Positions 12,701 to 25,506 of a stretch of DNA of 64,000 nt are shown here, piece by piece. The notes beneath the pieces are model-generated. The model made no database searches. It saw only the letters and a list, made by a program, of their open reading frames with translations, and had not been told where the DNA came from. The position numbers and the translations under genes are program-made. The stretch's first letter is position 1, and each line of letters begins with the position of its first letter. The DNA comes from Lama glama (taxonomy: Eukaryota): assembly GCA_028534125.1 (NCBI GenBank), contig CM052816.1, forward strand, positions 91,638,001 through 91,702,000, in the 5' to 3' direction.

Positions 12701-13017
12701 ATGGCTTCCGCCTCATGAGGGTGGAAAGGGCCCATGCTTCCCCCAGGAAACAGTTCTGAGCTGCTTGAGCACAGGACAAATGCTTGATCAAGGTCCTCAC
12801 CGCTCTTTGGCATGGAGTGTTGTGTATACTTTTAGTTTGGAAAATATCCACAGCAGGTGTGATCAATTGCTGCCCACTGCAGTCACTAAGATACTCACAG
12901 AATACTGAATTTTAAGCGGTTAAATTCTGGGTGAGCCTTCCAAGACAAACTGGCTACCATGCACGCCCTTAATAGCCAAATGGTTAGACCTGCTATTTGT
13001 CTGATATAAGCTACTTA

Positions 13018-13515
13018 TTTTGTTAATACTTTTATTGAAGTATACTCAGTTTTCAACATTGTGTCAATTTCTGGTGTACAGCACAATACTTCAGTCATAT
13101 AGGAACATACATATATTTTTTTCATATTCTTTTTAACCGTAAGTTACTATAAGATCTTGAATATAGTTCCTTGTGCTATACAGTAGAAATTTGTTGTTTA
13201 TTTTATATATAGTAGTTAGTATCTGAAAATCTCAATCTCCCATTTTATCCCTTCCCACCCACTTCCCCCTACCCGACCCTGGTAACCATAAGTTTGTTTT
13301 CCATGTCTGTGAATCTGTTTCTGCTTTGTAGGTAAGGTTTTTTTTTCCCCCACAGTGGAATACTACTCAGCCATAAAAATACAATAAAATAATGCCATTT
13401 GCAGCAACATGGATGGGCCTGGAGAATGTCATTCTAAGTAAAGTAAGCCAGAAAGAGAAAGAAAAATACCATGTGATATCACTTATATGTGGAATCAAAA
13501 AAAAAAAAAAAAAAA
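13018..13515 (-). mobile_element. L1 3' end with 5' inversion (twin priming)
   Basis: 13018-13345 is the L1 terminus on the - strand, and 13350-13515 is the adjacent upstream L1 segment on the + strand. TSD gatataagctactta (13003-13017) / gacataagctattta (13516-13530). Confidence 0.8.
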
Positions 13516-15974
13516 GACATAAGCTATTTAAATGAGCACCGACAACTGCCAAAATGAAGATTCCTGTTTGAACATAATTCCAGTTATTATGCACCTCGTA
13601 TGTGTCAGCTCTAGAAGGATACATACACATTTAAGTGTAATACACTGAATTAATACACACTGCAGCTATGTGAGTGCAGAGCAGTTAAGACCATCTCAAT
13701 GTCAGGGACTACGAGAAGGTCTTCACGGAAGAGATGTGGCTGAACTAAATCTTAAAGAACAAGGGAGCGTTCATCAGGGAGGAGGCTGGGAAGGTTATTG
13801 TAGGTGAAATTGATTATGAAATAAATGGAGAGAACCCTGCCTCACCCTCAGTAAGCAGCCAGAGCCACCATTCCTTGACCACATTCCTCGTCTAAAAAAT
13901 TGAAACCACAGGGACAGCCCAGAGGAGAATACCTCTCAAGACACGAGTATAAGGAACACAGTTATACTCTGTTATTTCAAGACTCTCTGCTTTTTAATAT
14001 TATATTTTTCTTTTTCTGAAACAGAGTAGGCATAAGATTAGACCTTAGCGCATGATGGACAGAGCAAAGAGAGGGTCACAGAAGAGGCTGGTGCTACCAT
14101 TCCTCACCCTGTACTTAAAAGACTGAACTCAAAAGCACCCTATAACTGCTGTTTTTCTCAAAGTTCTAGTCTTAAAAGTTCATCTACATTTGCAAAGAGT
14201 TTGCCAACGTTAGACGTTCCGTATTAACTGATGTGTCTTTAAAATCTTCTGAAATGTAAATTTTCTCTAGTATTTTCAACTAGATTTGTTTGTACCTAAG
14301 GAATGGGAAATAAAGACTTTGCAAAAGAATTAACTGATTCAGATGTTGGTCAGATAGACCAAAAATATCACAAAGGGTTGGCTTCGGTACATTTAATTTT
14401 GCTCTGGAGAGAACTCTTTATTTTCAGCCCGGCCCCTGTTAACTAGGGAAGAAATGTGAACTGTGTCCTCAAGTTTCTGTAACACGTTTCCTGTGATTTT
14501 CAGTTCACTAAACGCTCCATAAGGAGGCTTAGATGATGTACTTTAGGCAGAGTGCAATGAGCACTGGCCTGGGGATCAACAGAACCTGAGTTTGCCCTTG
14601 GCTTTGTTTCTTTCTTGGGCAAATCAAACTGCTGAGTTTCTTCCTATTTTTTATCTCTCAAGGGACAACTGAAGTTGAGAACTGCACCATCCCCTCTGGC
14701 TCTAAAGAATTCTACTTCTACACGTTAAGTTGTTAGATGGAACTACTTTTAACTATTTGCATTTCAAATTTTTTGAATAATAGGTTTAGCAAAATTGCAA
14801 GTGACCTGGGATAGTGTCCAGAGGAAAAAAAATGATAATGCCTTCCACTGACCCGAATGCATACAAATTCAGAAATTAGGAAACACTTAAAGTTCTCAGA
14901 GCTTTATATTTTACAATAGGAACTGGAATAATTTCTGCTTCTGATAGAAATATGACAGGTCTACTTCTTTCAAATGCCTGCATGATCCTTCCTCTGTTGG
15001 CCAGAAGCCAGCGAAAACCTCAAATAATCCTAAATAAGTGAATTGCAAAGTTACTTTAGTTAGGAGTTGTAAGACCTATTCAGTATTTTACAGCAACATA
15101 CGTGGTGTTTTATTGGATCGAGACCTTATATTCCATATAAAGTCATTTTTTTCCCACATAAAGATGATTTTACTGGACTCAATTCAGATAATATTAACAT
15201 TTATGGATCAATTCCAGACTTTCTTTGGTTTCTAGTAATCATATACGAATGAAAGCGGCTACAGCAGTTCTATTAATATGTTTACTTCTGTCAGAAGCTG
15301 CATTAGCAAGCATAACAAGAAAACATAAGAAAATAAACGCTGAAAATTGGACTTTTTAGGGATTCATCGTAGCTTATGGATTTTATTAAATAAATGCCAA
15401 AATAATTAAATTACTACAAAATTTTAACTAAATGTTTATTATTTATTTTGGCTTAAAATAAAAAACCCAGAAAGTTTATAGTATCTGATGTTCCAAAATT
15501 AATATATTTGATTTATTAAAATAAAAACATATCACGATGAATTAGGTTCACATCTGAAACTCGCAGAATGGCTTTGATACTGCTCATGCTTCTTGGAAAA
15601 TCTTCTAACTTTTCAGAACCTTGGTTTTGCGTCTGTAAAAATACCAGTCTGGTCATTTAAAAAATGTCTTTGAGCTCTGATAACTTACAATTCAAGATAA
15701 CAGCTTTTAAATAGTACTAAGAGGACCCTGAAACTGTTCTGTTAGATCAATTCCAAACAGCTAATGTAAAAAAAAAAAAAAACCCACGTTTCCAACATCA
15801 GTCAGCAGTGAAACTGGGTTATTTAGACTAAACAACACTAGTGAAGGAGGCTTACAGTGTTTGTCTACCATGAAGAAGAAAATCATCAGTTTTAAATCAA
15901 CAGATGTTACGTTCTCCTTGAATCACGGTTAGCTTTTTTTTTTTTTTTGAAAATGCAAACGTTAAGAGCTGTGA

Positions 15975-15993
15975 GGACCAGCAGAGGGCGCCA
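15975..15993 (+). promoter_or_regulatory. CTCF-binding motif
   Basis: ggaCCAGCAGAGGGCGCca matches the core CCASYAGRKGGCRS at 14 of 14 positions, in non-repeat sequence. Confidence 0.65.
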
Positions 15994-16274
15994 CAGTCAC
16001 AACCAAAACAAACAAATGGACAACCTCGGCATCACAGCCAGTGCCAGGAAGTCCCACCCTCCAATCTGAGAAAATGAGCCACAGCCAGGTGGGAACAGGA
16101 CATTTGCAGAATATACCTTGGAAACTGCCAATGAAAAATGGTTTACATTTAATCTTAGCATCCACTTCCAGATCAAGGACTATGATTCTCTTCTAAGCTA
16201 TCTTCTGGAATATTTCATTCACTTTGGGACTCTATATTTGAGAGAGGGGACGGTTCCAGGTTAGAGCACGCCCA

Positions 16275-16312
16275 GGGCAGGCAGGGCAGGAGGCAGGAGG
16301 CAGGAGGCAGGA
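16275..16312 (+). repeat. Short (GGCAGGA)n-type tandem repeat
   Basis: gggcaggcagggcaggaggcaggaggcaggaggcagg. Confidence 0.8.
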
Positions 16313-17084
16313 AGACGGTTTGGTGTATGGGGAGTCGCTGAAATCAGAGCGCAGGTGTAGCTTGAGGACTAGAATTCTTGGGGTAAGAGTCTTTGCACAC
16401 TTGAGCCGGTCTCAAGTGAAGCATGAAAAAGACTTGTGTGTCGCCGGAGAAGCATAGGTCTCGGACAGAAGGAGCTCAGAGGAGACCAGGGTTGGGGGAT
16501 CTGTGGGGAAGAGTTTCAGATAAGTGGAGCTGCCCACAACTGAGTCAGAGAGCTTGGGAAGTTTCCAGGCAACGGCTGCCCACGCTTCATTCACAGACCT
16601 CAGAGATTTATGAATCTGGTGAGAGATTGGAGTTGATGACTGAGAATCTAGAATTCTAATGCATTAATTACACTTGTCATTATGTCAAATTGCATAGAGA
16701 CTGATTTACTTCTAGGAAGTAAGTATGAGATTACACATGCTTTTGAACCGCAGGCCCATTATTTCCAAATAACAGGTCATAAATGACTGTGATGAGCTCA
16801 GAGATCTGTTATTAAAACAAACTAATGATTATAGTTGTTAAAGTAAGTATAAGAATGATTAAAGAATTTGCTAATGGTCATTCTCTGCTGATACAGAACT
16901 GGACTCACCAGACCAGAGTGTCTGGATATTACATGCACGTGAATATTCGTCCACACATATGCACAGACATCCATGCAAACATACATGTCTATATGCAGAA
17001 AAGGAGAAATTGCCTTATATGGAAACAAGCATTCTGCTTGTGAAGGCATACGAGTCCTGTCTAGTTATAACACAAGGTAACACA

Positions 17085-17470
17085 AAGGCTTCTGTGACTG
17101 GATTGCCTGTGTTCAAATCCAGCCTCTAATACTTACTAGCTGTGTGGCTCTCAAGTGGTCCCCGGAATGGCAGCATCAGCATTAGCCTCCCCTGAAAACT
17201 TGCTAGAAATGCAAATTCTCAGACAATACTCTGGCCTTCCCGAATCAGAAACTCTGGGAGTGGGGTCCAGCAATCTACTTTAACAAGCCCTCTAGGTGAC
17301 TTCTGATGCACAGTGACATCTGAGAAACCTTGTTCTATGTGCCTCAGTTTCTTCATCTATAAAATGGAGGCAAATAGGGTTATTGTGAAAAATAAATGAC
17401 TTAATATATATCTAGAGTTTTTAGAACAATGTGTGGTATGTGCACTACGCAATATATGTTTTTAACATTA
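17085..17470 (+). mobile_element. MIR SINE interrupted by MER5A
   Basis: ttcaaatccagcctctaatacttactagctgtgt, then the insert, then gcctcagtttcttcatctataaaatgg. Confidence 0.75.
17143..17333. mobile_element. hAT-Charlie MITE (MER5A-like)
   Basis: gcagcatcagcatt..ttgctagaaatgcaaattctcag..gaatcagaaactctgggagtggggtccagcaatct..taacaagccctctaggtga. Confidence 0.85.
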
Positions 17471-19786
17471 CTACACAAATCTCAATAGCCACTAAGAGAA
17501 AAAAGAGTAAATCAATGGAAAGTTAATGCTATTTGGAAGCAGAACCAATGGGAAACTGTTATTTTGCTGAGTGCAGTAATTTAAAAAATGAACCCCACTA
17601 AAATATGTATTTGGAGAAACACCCGGGCTTTGTAAACTAAGGTTGACAGGAATTCCTCCTGAGGAAAGGCCAGCCAAGCTTGTTCATCAGAGAGCGGTCT
17701 TGTCACCCTCCTTGTCTGGCTCTGCAAATTCACCTTGGCACACTTTCTGAAGGACATCCCTTGGGTTCAGCCTAGCCAACATCAAACTCCACACGGGATG
17801 AGTTTTACTGAGGCAGCCAAAAGAGCGCAGTCTAAAATGCCACGACTTCATGTCCATCCTCTAGACTCACGTTAATCGGGGCTCTGTAGTTCTTCTTAAC
17901 TGAGAAATGAGAGATGAGCTCATCCAGGTGCCACTCGGGTCAGTGCAACACGAGGACTTTCGAGGGCACTTTCAGCTCATCCTCCTGAAATCTCAGAAAA
18001 GTCACTCCTGACTTTTTGGTGGTTATAAATGGGGACTCTGGAATTTCTTTCATCCTTAAAAGTGTGAACTGTCTTTAATTCTCCCTTTCTGAGTATGTAC
18101 AGCAGGGATGGTGGTGATGATGACGATACTGATGAAGATGTTACCTCCCTGGGAGGGCTGTGAGGATCAGCCAAGGGAAAGGCTACAATGGCGGCCACCT
18201 AGCAAGTGTCCCACATGCATTCATCACGGCTGAGTTACTCATTTTCATGACTAAGTAAAATGACATTCTGAGACCTTAAGTGAATTGCTCAACACCCCAC
18301 AGGCAGTAAGTGGCAGAGCTGGAATTCCATGCCCAGGACATCTGACCACAGAATGAATGGACTCCTCGTGGTACAATACCTTCCTGAGAGCTGTCATTTT
18401 ACAGCAACTTGATATTGGTCTCCAATAGGAATTACAGGAGATGTTGGTTCGCACACAATTATGAAATTAGAAAAAAAAATCTTCACAACATGAAGGTTGA
18501 TGCTAATGATCTAAAAAAAATTTTTAAGGTAAAGATGTATCTAGCTGATAATATAAGTAAAATTATGGTTCTAACTAATGAAATTGGCAATGATTTCTTA
18601 CCTTTGGAAATTCATGGTGGAACTATCCAATTTAGAAATGATTTACTGAGGACATACCATGTGTCATGTCGTATAATGGATGGGAAACGGAAGTTGAATA
18701 AGAGGCACCCTTGCCATCAGGGAGAAGGCATTCCAAAGGGACAGCAACTCACTTCTGTTGGAGCACTTACTACTCCAGACAAATGACAGGGGGCAATTTC
18801 AGGGCAGAAGGGCAGTGGTGTGCAAGCATCAGTACTTTCTAAAATCTCTTTCGATAACACTAAGGTGCAGCCAGGGTTGAGACTTCTGTAAAGAAAAGGA
18901 GCAGATTTTTTTCTGGACCACTTCAAGTCCTGGGATCCAGTCTCTCTTCACTGACCTGTGTGGGGTCAGGTGCCCCTTCTTGACCAATCGTTCCTACTGG
19001 GGAAAAAATCCATTAAGTACCACTAGATATTGGGATGTGGTCAAGTCCTCAAAAAAAAAAAAAAGCATAACACTGAAAAGAGAGAATTCAGTTGATAGGA
19101 AATGAAATGGGGACATTGAGATTGGAAGCTACCGAGGGAAACCACACACTTCCCGGAGACAGGAGGGCAGAGCTCTGGGAGAGGCTTCTCATGTGGAGCT
19201 TGATCCTGAAGGTATGGGGGAGGAAAAGTAACACCTGAATTGCAGAAGGGAAAGTGGACAAAGGAAGGGACAGGAAAGAGAGAGAGAAAGAGGAAGATAA
19301 TTTAAGATGAGAGATGTCTGGCTAAGTTTTTGATATTAAATGAAAAAGAGGAAAAGATACGTTAAAGAGAAGATAAGGCGAGAGATAACCAATGGAGCAC
19401 TGTCAGAGAAGAGAGGGCAGGTGTCTCCAGAACAGATGCCAGGAGGGGCTTCCTCGGGTAGAAAGATGCCTCTCCCAGTGATGGTACCCGAGAGGAGGTG
19501 CGGATGGGTCCAGACAGGGGCAGGGCCAGAGCACGGGCAGTTCATCGTGAGCATAGCCACATAAGATTCGGTGGAGACCTATGCAGTCAACAGTTTTTCC
19601 TAGACTGTAAAATAATGATGAAGGTCCTCTAACATTAAGTGGTAGGGGGCTCCCAGACATAGGCTGGAGTTCACTCCACAAACCAACAATGACTTTGTGT
19701 TCTAGCATTTGCAAGGAGGACACAACAAACCCAACATTTATTTCACTAGACTCTGAATTAACAGCCCCAGTCTGTTTTCATTCTAG

Positions 19787-20137
19787 AATTCAATATGGGA
19801 CCCAGCTTTGCCCTCCAATATTATTTTGAACAGGAAGAGCTATCACAGCCAAGAGTTTAGCTATAGGACAAATTTCCCCATTCTATCATTTAAGACTAAC
19901 AGCCACAACAAAACCCAGGAAGGCATCACCCCTCTTCCAGAAATAATGATCCTCTTCGAAGGTTCTCTTTCCAGCATTAGAACCCAGACTGGGGTCAAGT
20001 TTGAATGAATGTGGATGGTGGCCAACCATCCTGTGGTTGGTTATGTCTCCAAACGAAGAATCTCTACTTTGCAAACGGGTTGATATCAGACAAACTTGGT
20101 GCTACTGTGGCTTTAATTATGACCATTTTAAGAGAGA
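19787..20137 (+). pseudogene. Exon remnant of the fossil gene
   Basis: Acceptor ctgttttcattctag|19787. ORF 19808-20008 reads NIILNRKSYHSQEFSYRTNFPILSFK...RTQTGVKFE*, with the stop at the expected Cys. IQYGTQLC lies in an adjacent frame. Confidence 0.45.
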
Positions 20138-20519
20138 GTATCTGATACTAAAAAATATATACTTTCACTGTAAACATTTTATCCCCCCTCTGCTGGCGTT
20201 TGTTTTAAAATATCAGATTCAAAGGGCAAAGAAAAAAGGTACAATTTCACTCTGTTTCCAGCTTTTTAAATACGTTGAGATCACTCTTGGAATGAAGTAC
20301 ACAAAAGCTTAGTAATAATCATAATGATAACGTAATAGGTGTTTTTTCAACTTAGATTTCCAAACATCCAGATGTTTGGCCTTTGCTGAAGGAATCCAGA
20401 TGACTGATTGCATTTTTTCAGTTTTCATACAGCTACAGGGCTGTATGGAGCTGCAAACCTTTTAGTTGCAACAATGCAATTAGGAGTCACAATTATTCTC
20501 CAACATGTGGGACCCCTGT

Positions 20520-20680
20520 GAGCAATCTAAGGTCTGCAGGCCAAGTCCAGCCCCTGCCATTTCCTCAAGTATTGTATCCAGCGGCTCTCAGGCTATAAGG
20601 CAGAGCCCCGTAGTTCCGATGCTCTGCAAGGCTGAAAACATTTACTGCCTGGCCCTCTGCAGAAGAGGTCTGCCAGTCCT
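20520..20680. mobile_element. hAT-Charlie MITE remnant (MER58-like)
   Basis: ctgcaggccaagtccagccc...aaggctgaaaacatttactgcctggccctctgcagaagaggtctgcca. Confidence 0.55.
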
Positions 20681-23600
20681 TTATGGTAGATCATCTTCCT
20701 CTTTCTTTGGCTAGTTGGCTTTCTGTGATCATCTTTAAGAAGTGATAATAAATCAGGATACTTAATTGCACGTGAATGATAAACACTTTGAGAAGATGCT
20801 AATGATCTTGGCCATTGTTCAGAGGGGAGCTTCATAGAATTTCATGTTAGGAGGCATCTGGGTTAACTGCTCCACACCTTGGAAATCATTATGCATTTGG
20901 TTAAGGAAAATGCTAACTTTCAGATATGCAGGTAAATGAATAGACAATATGTTCTTCACAATTCCCAGATTTATAATTCACCCCATGGGAATTTTAAACG
21001 AAATTTACTACAAGAAATGATGGAGCCCTCAATTTCACCTCAATATGAAGATTTAGCTCTCACCAAATTTTATTATGTAATAATTACTGCTCATATGCTT
21101 ATTTAATGACCAGTATTAAATTGACATTAAGATACAGAAAGCTAAGGAATAACAAAAAGATTTTAAAATGAGAAACTAGGGTACTGTTTTTTTCTGTATC
21201 ATTTAAAACGTAAGGTTTTATGATATTTACTTTTTTTGACTATTATTTCATGGTTTTCTAAAAGAAAGGGTTAATTTAGCCACCTTAGTACTCAAAATCC
21301 ACAATATATAAATATGAATTAGTAAGTATTTACTGAAGAACTTAGAAATGGGTTTCTCTTGAAAAATACATTGGATAAGAATGAATAATACAATGGTTTC
21401 CTTTCTATTTCCTTTCTATTTCCCTTCTATTTCAATGTCTAGCTATGAAAAAATAAATTTAACGTGATCCTTTTTCGCTGGTTTGAAAAAGAGAAATGTC
21501 TACTGTCTGCAGATTCTTTGGTTCTCATTTGAACTGTCTCCTAGTATAGATAGTGCTTTGTCAGATCTTCTCTCTCCATAAATACTACACACATGCTATT
21601 TACTGTATTAATATATAACAGTAGCACTGTATATGTGTGTATATGTATGTATGCACATGTGTGTATATGTACATAATTAAAATATATTCAAGATGAAGAA
21701 TGATAGAACAAACGCCTGCCGTAGCAACAGCTACTGTCACCCAGACCCTCTCTATGGCTGCTGGGTTCTAGCTGATTCTTTGTTGTGCCGAAATGCTATA
21801 AAGGACGTATGAACATTCAAAGCTGGACCACAGAGAAACAGGCCTTTTTGCCTTTATTTCCAAGTAAAATCTGCCAATATCCAATCTCTAAATTCCAGTC
21901 ACTGAATCTTCTCACCTATTTAATCCGTACTGTCACAGGCTCACCCTAAACTTGCTTTATCTAGTACGAAGCTAGGTAACTTTACCAGCTAGTCAGGGAC
22001 TGTGAGCCAGACAAAAAAAAAAAAATTAAGTTAGCAAAAGTCATGCATTTAGGAAAGACGGTCTCTAATCACACGATTTATTATTTAAAAGAATATCTGT
22101 GACAAGTGCATCCATCACTAACAAAGCCTCAGGCACTTCCTCCCACCACTTCTGACTTGTTATAAGGGATGGCATTCCCGTTTGATAGGTGAGAAAACTG
22201 AGATGCAGTCAGAGTAAGTGATCTGACCAAGGTTTACAGCAGGATCTGAGGCCGGATGGCAGGTCTTGGGACTCCAGCCAATGTCCAACCACGGGCTTCT
22301 CATGGCCCCCAGGAACAAAAACAACCTGCACAGACATTAGGAGGAGGTTTTGTTTTTCATTTAAACTTTGCTTTCTGACAAAGCTTGATTTGTTATGAAT
22401 TGCATTTTATTTTCTGACAAAATGCTCAACACACTTATTTTGTACCAAAGAGCAAAATAAAATTTCTCAACACGTAGTTTTGAATCACCTTTGTGGCCTT
22501 TACAAAAAAAAAAAAAATTAAGTCGCTGCAGTGCAAGATCTTTAAATCAACTTTGAGTTTAAGGGTGGCATCTAAGACATCAAATATCTGTGCTACAATA
22601 GTGTGAACAGCTGCATCTTTTTTTTTTTTTAATTTGGTTGTGAATATCAATGGGAAACAGTGAAGAAGATGAGGACTGCACTGAGGCCAGGTCCTGGATA
22701 ATTCCTCATTTCATAGATGAGGAAAATGTGGCCAGGAAAGGTTAGAACTTTACTCATAGCCAGTTAATATCACATCTGATAGTCTTATCATTAAATTATG
22801 CTGCTTTATCGCTAAGTTTACATCAGGGTTTGGCCATCAAATTAACTGTGTTCACTGAATTTGAAAAGTCATGACCTTTATAGGTGTACAAATCCAAGAA
22901 ACATTGACAATATGAAAATGGCCATCAATTTCCGAAAAGAAAAGAGATCCTTCTGAGGATGAATTTTACCAAATCCAATTTCCTACATTTATATATACGT
23001 AAAAAAATTACACACCTTTTGTTTGTATACCTAAGAACAGAACAGAGTAGGAGGTGAGTTAAAAGGGGAACAAGTTATTTTGGCAATCTATTTCTACCAG
23101 TCAATTTCTGAGTACTTTCTATCAGAGTGATAAGATCAAGCATAAAGAAAGGATTACAATCATTTCCTTTTGAACATCCAAACATTTCCAGGTACCTAAA
23201 AACATTTTAATTACGTATCTAAGTCTTGACGTAGATGTGGAAAATTTGCATCACATTGGGGAGAAGCCAACAGCAGTCTTCACATATAAATGTTTTTTTC
23301 ATAGCTCTTTCCAGCCAGTTTCAAATGAAATATATATTACAAATTAATCTAAAATAAATTACATTTTCTCAATTGCAGCCATTGGCTGCCACTTTACTAA
23401 AAACACCCTTCAGCCAAAACTCAATATCTAGCCATTTGATTTAGTGCAGGCTACTGAGGTCTGATGAAAGCAAGAAAGTGTGAAAATTTAAAACCCTTAA
23501 AGCAAAACACAGCACATTTTATAGGTGATGAAAATAATTGAGTATAAATCCTATACTTTATTTCAATCTCTCACAAAATTGTCCTGTCCTAAATAGTCAA

Positions 23601-23821
23601 GTGTCTTGATTGAGTAGACTTTAATGTTCCAAAAATAATCTATCAAGGCAGAGTTTTCCCATCAGCAGCATATGACTCTCATCACCTTCAAATATTTCTC
23701 ATTAAATAGGGATTAATTCACAAGGCCCCCTACTCTGCTAAAGACCCACTGTAAACATGCAATAGTTCAGGGAAAGCTGCTAACATCGTTATCAAAGGCA
23801 CTAATGTCCTAAAGAGCTTAG

Positions 23822-24066
23822 CAAGTTTGCTTGTATAATGAGTCCGTAAAGAATTCTGTCTCTATGGAAGTTGGACAGCTATTCTGCATCGAAACACTAT
23901 TCAAAGTTGTAGATTTATGCTTCCTTCCCTCTAAGAGGCATTTCATTGCATCTCTTCTTTTCTTCATGCCTTTCAAACCCAATGAGATAATTAGCTGCAA
24001 AAATGTTATCTAATGCCAATCGTTAGAGAGAAAAATTTCAATAGGACCTCAACCTGGAGTGAGGAA
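23822..24066 (+). pseudogene. Exon remnant of the fossil gene
   Basis: Open frame QVCLYNESVKNSVSMEVGQLFCIETLFKVVDLC (Cys at 23828 and 23918). Donor gaa|gtaggt at 24066. Confidence 0.5.
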
Positions 24067-24199
24067 GTAGGTGGAAAAATTGGTACTAACTGGTTGGTAG
24101 CATGAAAAAAGGGGAAAGTCATAATTTAGTAAAGAATTATTCAACATATAAAGAAAAAGTCCTGTGTCAATTTCCTAATGTATTTTGACGATGATACAG

Positions 24200-24385
24200 A
24201 GTTGGAAATCACAGCTTGTGAGAGGCTGGACTCATCATGCGATGCTTAGAGTCAGACAGCTCAGCAGCCCTCTGTAATAGCGCTATGCCAATCGGGGCTG
24301 TCGGCACAGAGCTGGGCACCATTGTGATTTGCCAAGCGGGCGTTCCAAGGGAAGGGCTGGAGTGCTGAAGGTGTATGTAATTGAG
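24200..24385 (+). pseudogene. Possible exon remnant
   Basis: Acceptor gatacag|24200 and donor tgag|gtgaga. Reads GLIMRCLESDSSAALCNSAMPIGAVGTELGTIVICQAG in a locally GC/CpG-richer patch. Confidence 0.4.
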
Positions 24386-24545
24386 GTGAGAGAAGGCTTT
24401 TCTTTTCCTTTGGCAAAGCCAACATCCTGTGGTTTTTCTCTTGGAGATTCCTAGCACACGGTAGCCTACCAAGAGATCTGCTGAATTTGGTCTCATCAAG
24501 CATTTCTTAAACCAGTCGGGTCACAGAAGATTTTCATGACCACAC

Positions 24546-24901
24546 AGTTACAAGCTGAACTGTATCTCCCCCGCAGATCCTCAAGTACAGTACCTCAGAA
24601 TACGACTGTATTTGGAGACAGAATCTTTAAAGAGGTGATTAAGTTAGAACGAATTCTTAGTGTGGGCTCTAAACCAGGATGACTGGTGTCCTTCTAAGAG
24701 ATTAGGAGGCAGACACACAAAGAGGGAAGACCGTGTGAAGACACAAGGAGAACGTGGCATCTGCAAGCCAAGAAGAGATGCCTCAAAAGAAACCAACTCT
24801 GCTGATGTTTCCAGCTTCTAGGACCATGAGAAAATAAATTTCTGTTATTTAAGCTACTAAGTTTATGGTACTTTTTATGGCAACCGGAGCAAACGAATAC
24901 A
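24546..24901 (+). mobile_element. MaLR LTR (MLT1B-like)
   Basis: gtacctcagaatacgactgtatttggagacaga..tttaaagaggtgattaagtt...gagaaaataaatttctgttatttaagc..aataca. Confidence 0.85.
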
Positions 24902-25269
24902 TATACCTTAAAAATTTATTGCAACAGAACACTAGCTTACAGCAAAAAATGTCCTTGTAATGAATGTACAGTGGAGAGCACAAAGCCCATGGCCTATCTT
25001 ATCTTTGCATCCCACCATAGAAGCAACCACTACCAGTAGCACGGTTAATGATTGTGAGGACCATAATTTCTTGTACGCTTGTGAGTTATCAATTTAGAGA
25101 TAGTTCTACAATTTAAAAAAATTTTGCCCAAGGATCAATTTTTGTATTTTCTTTTGTTAGGAAAGATGGAAAGGGTTAAAATGCAAATGTAATATTTCCA
25201 TATGAATATCTTGTTTGGTCATTTTACTTGCAAGGTATCAATTAAATGCCTGCTACGTTTCAAGAACTG

Positions 25270-25506
25270 CGCTTAAGTCATGGACATCCAAAAAAAGCAA
25301 GATAGACCTGCCTCTTGAATTCCAGCATTGTGAAGAGATGGAGAAGTATTAAACAAACATCAATACCATTTATTATTTCATTCCAGTTTTGATATGTGAT
25401 ATAAAAGAAAAATATAGTGGCAGCTGAACCCCGAACAACATCACAGTTTTCACTGAACGAATCCAAGGCAGATAAACTAATGAGGCAAATAAAATTTGCA
25501 ATCACG
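25270..25506 (+). pseudogene. Exon remnant of the fossil gene
   Basis: TCLLNSSIVKRWRSIKQTSIPFIISFQF* (Cys 25309-25311). Donor-like tcacg|gtattc. Confidence 0.45.

Noticed and set aside
18409..18786. 125-aa plus-strand ORF
   Set aside because: It is an AT-rich, low-complexity translation with no splice support or module motif, and it partly overlaps L2-like sequence.
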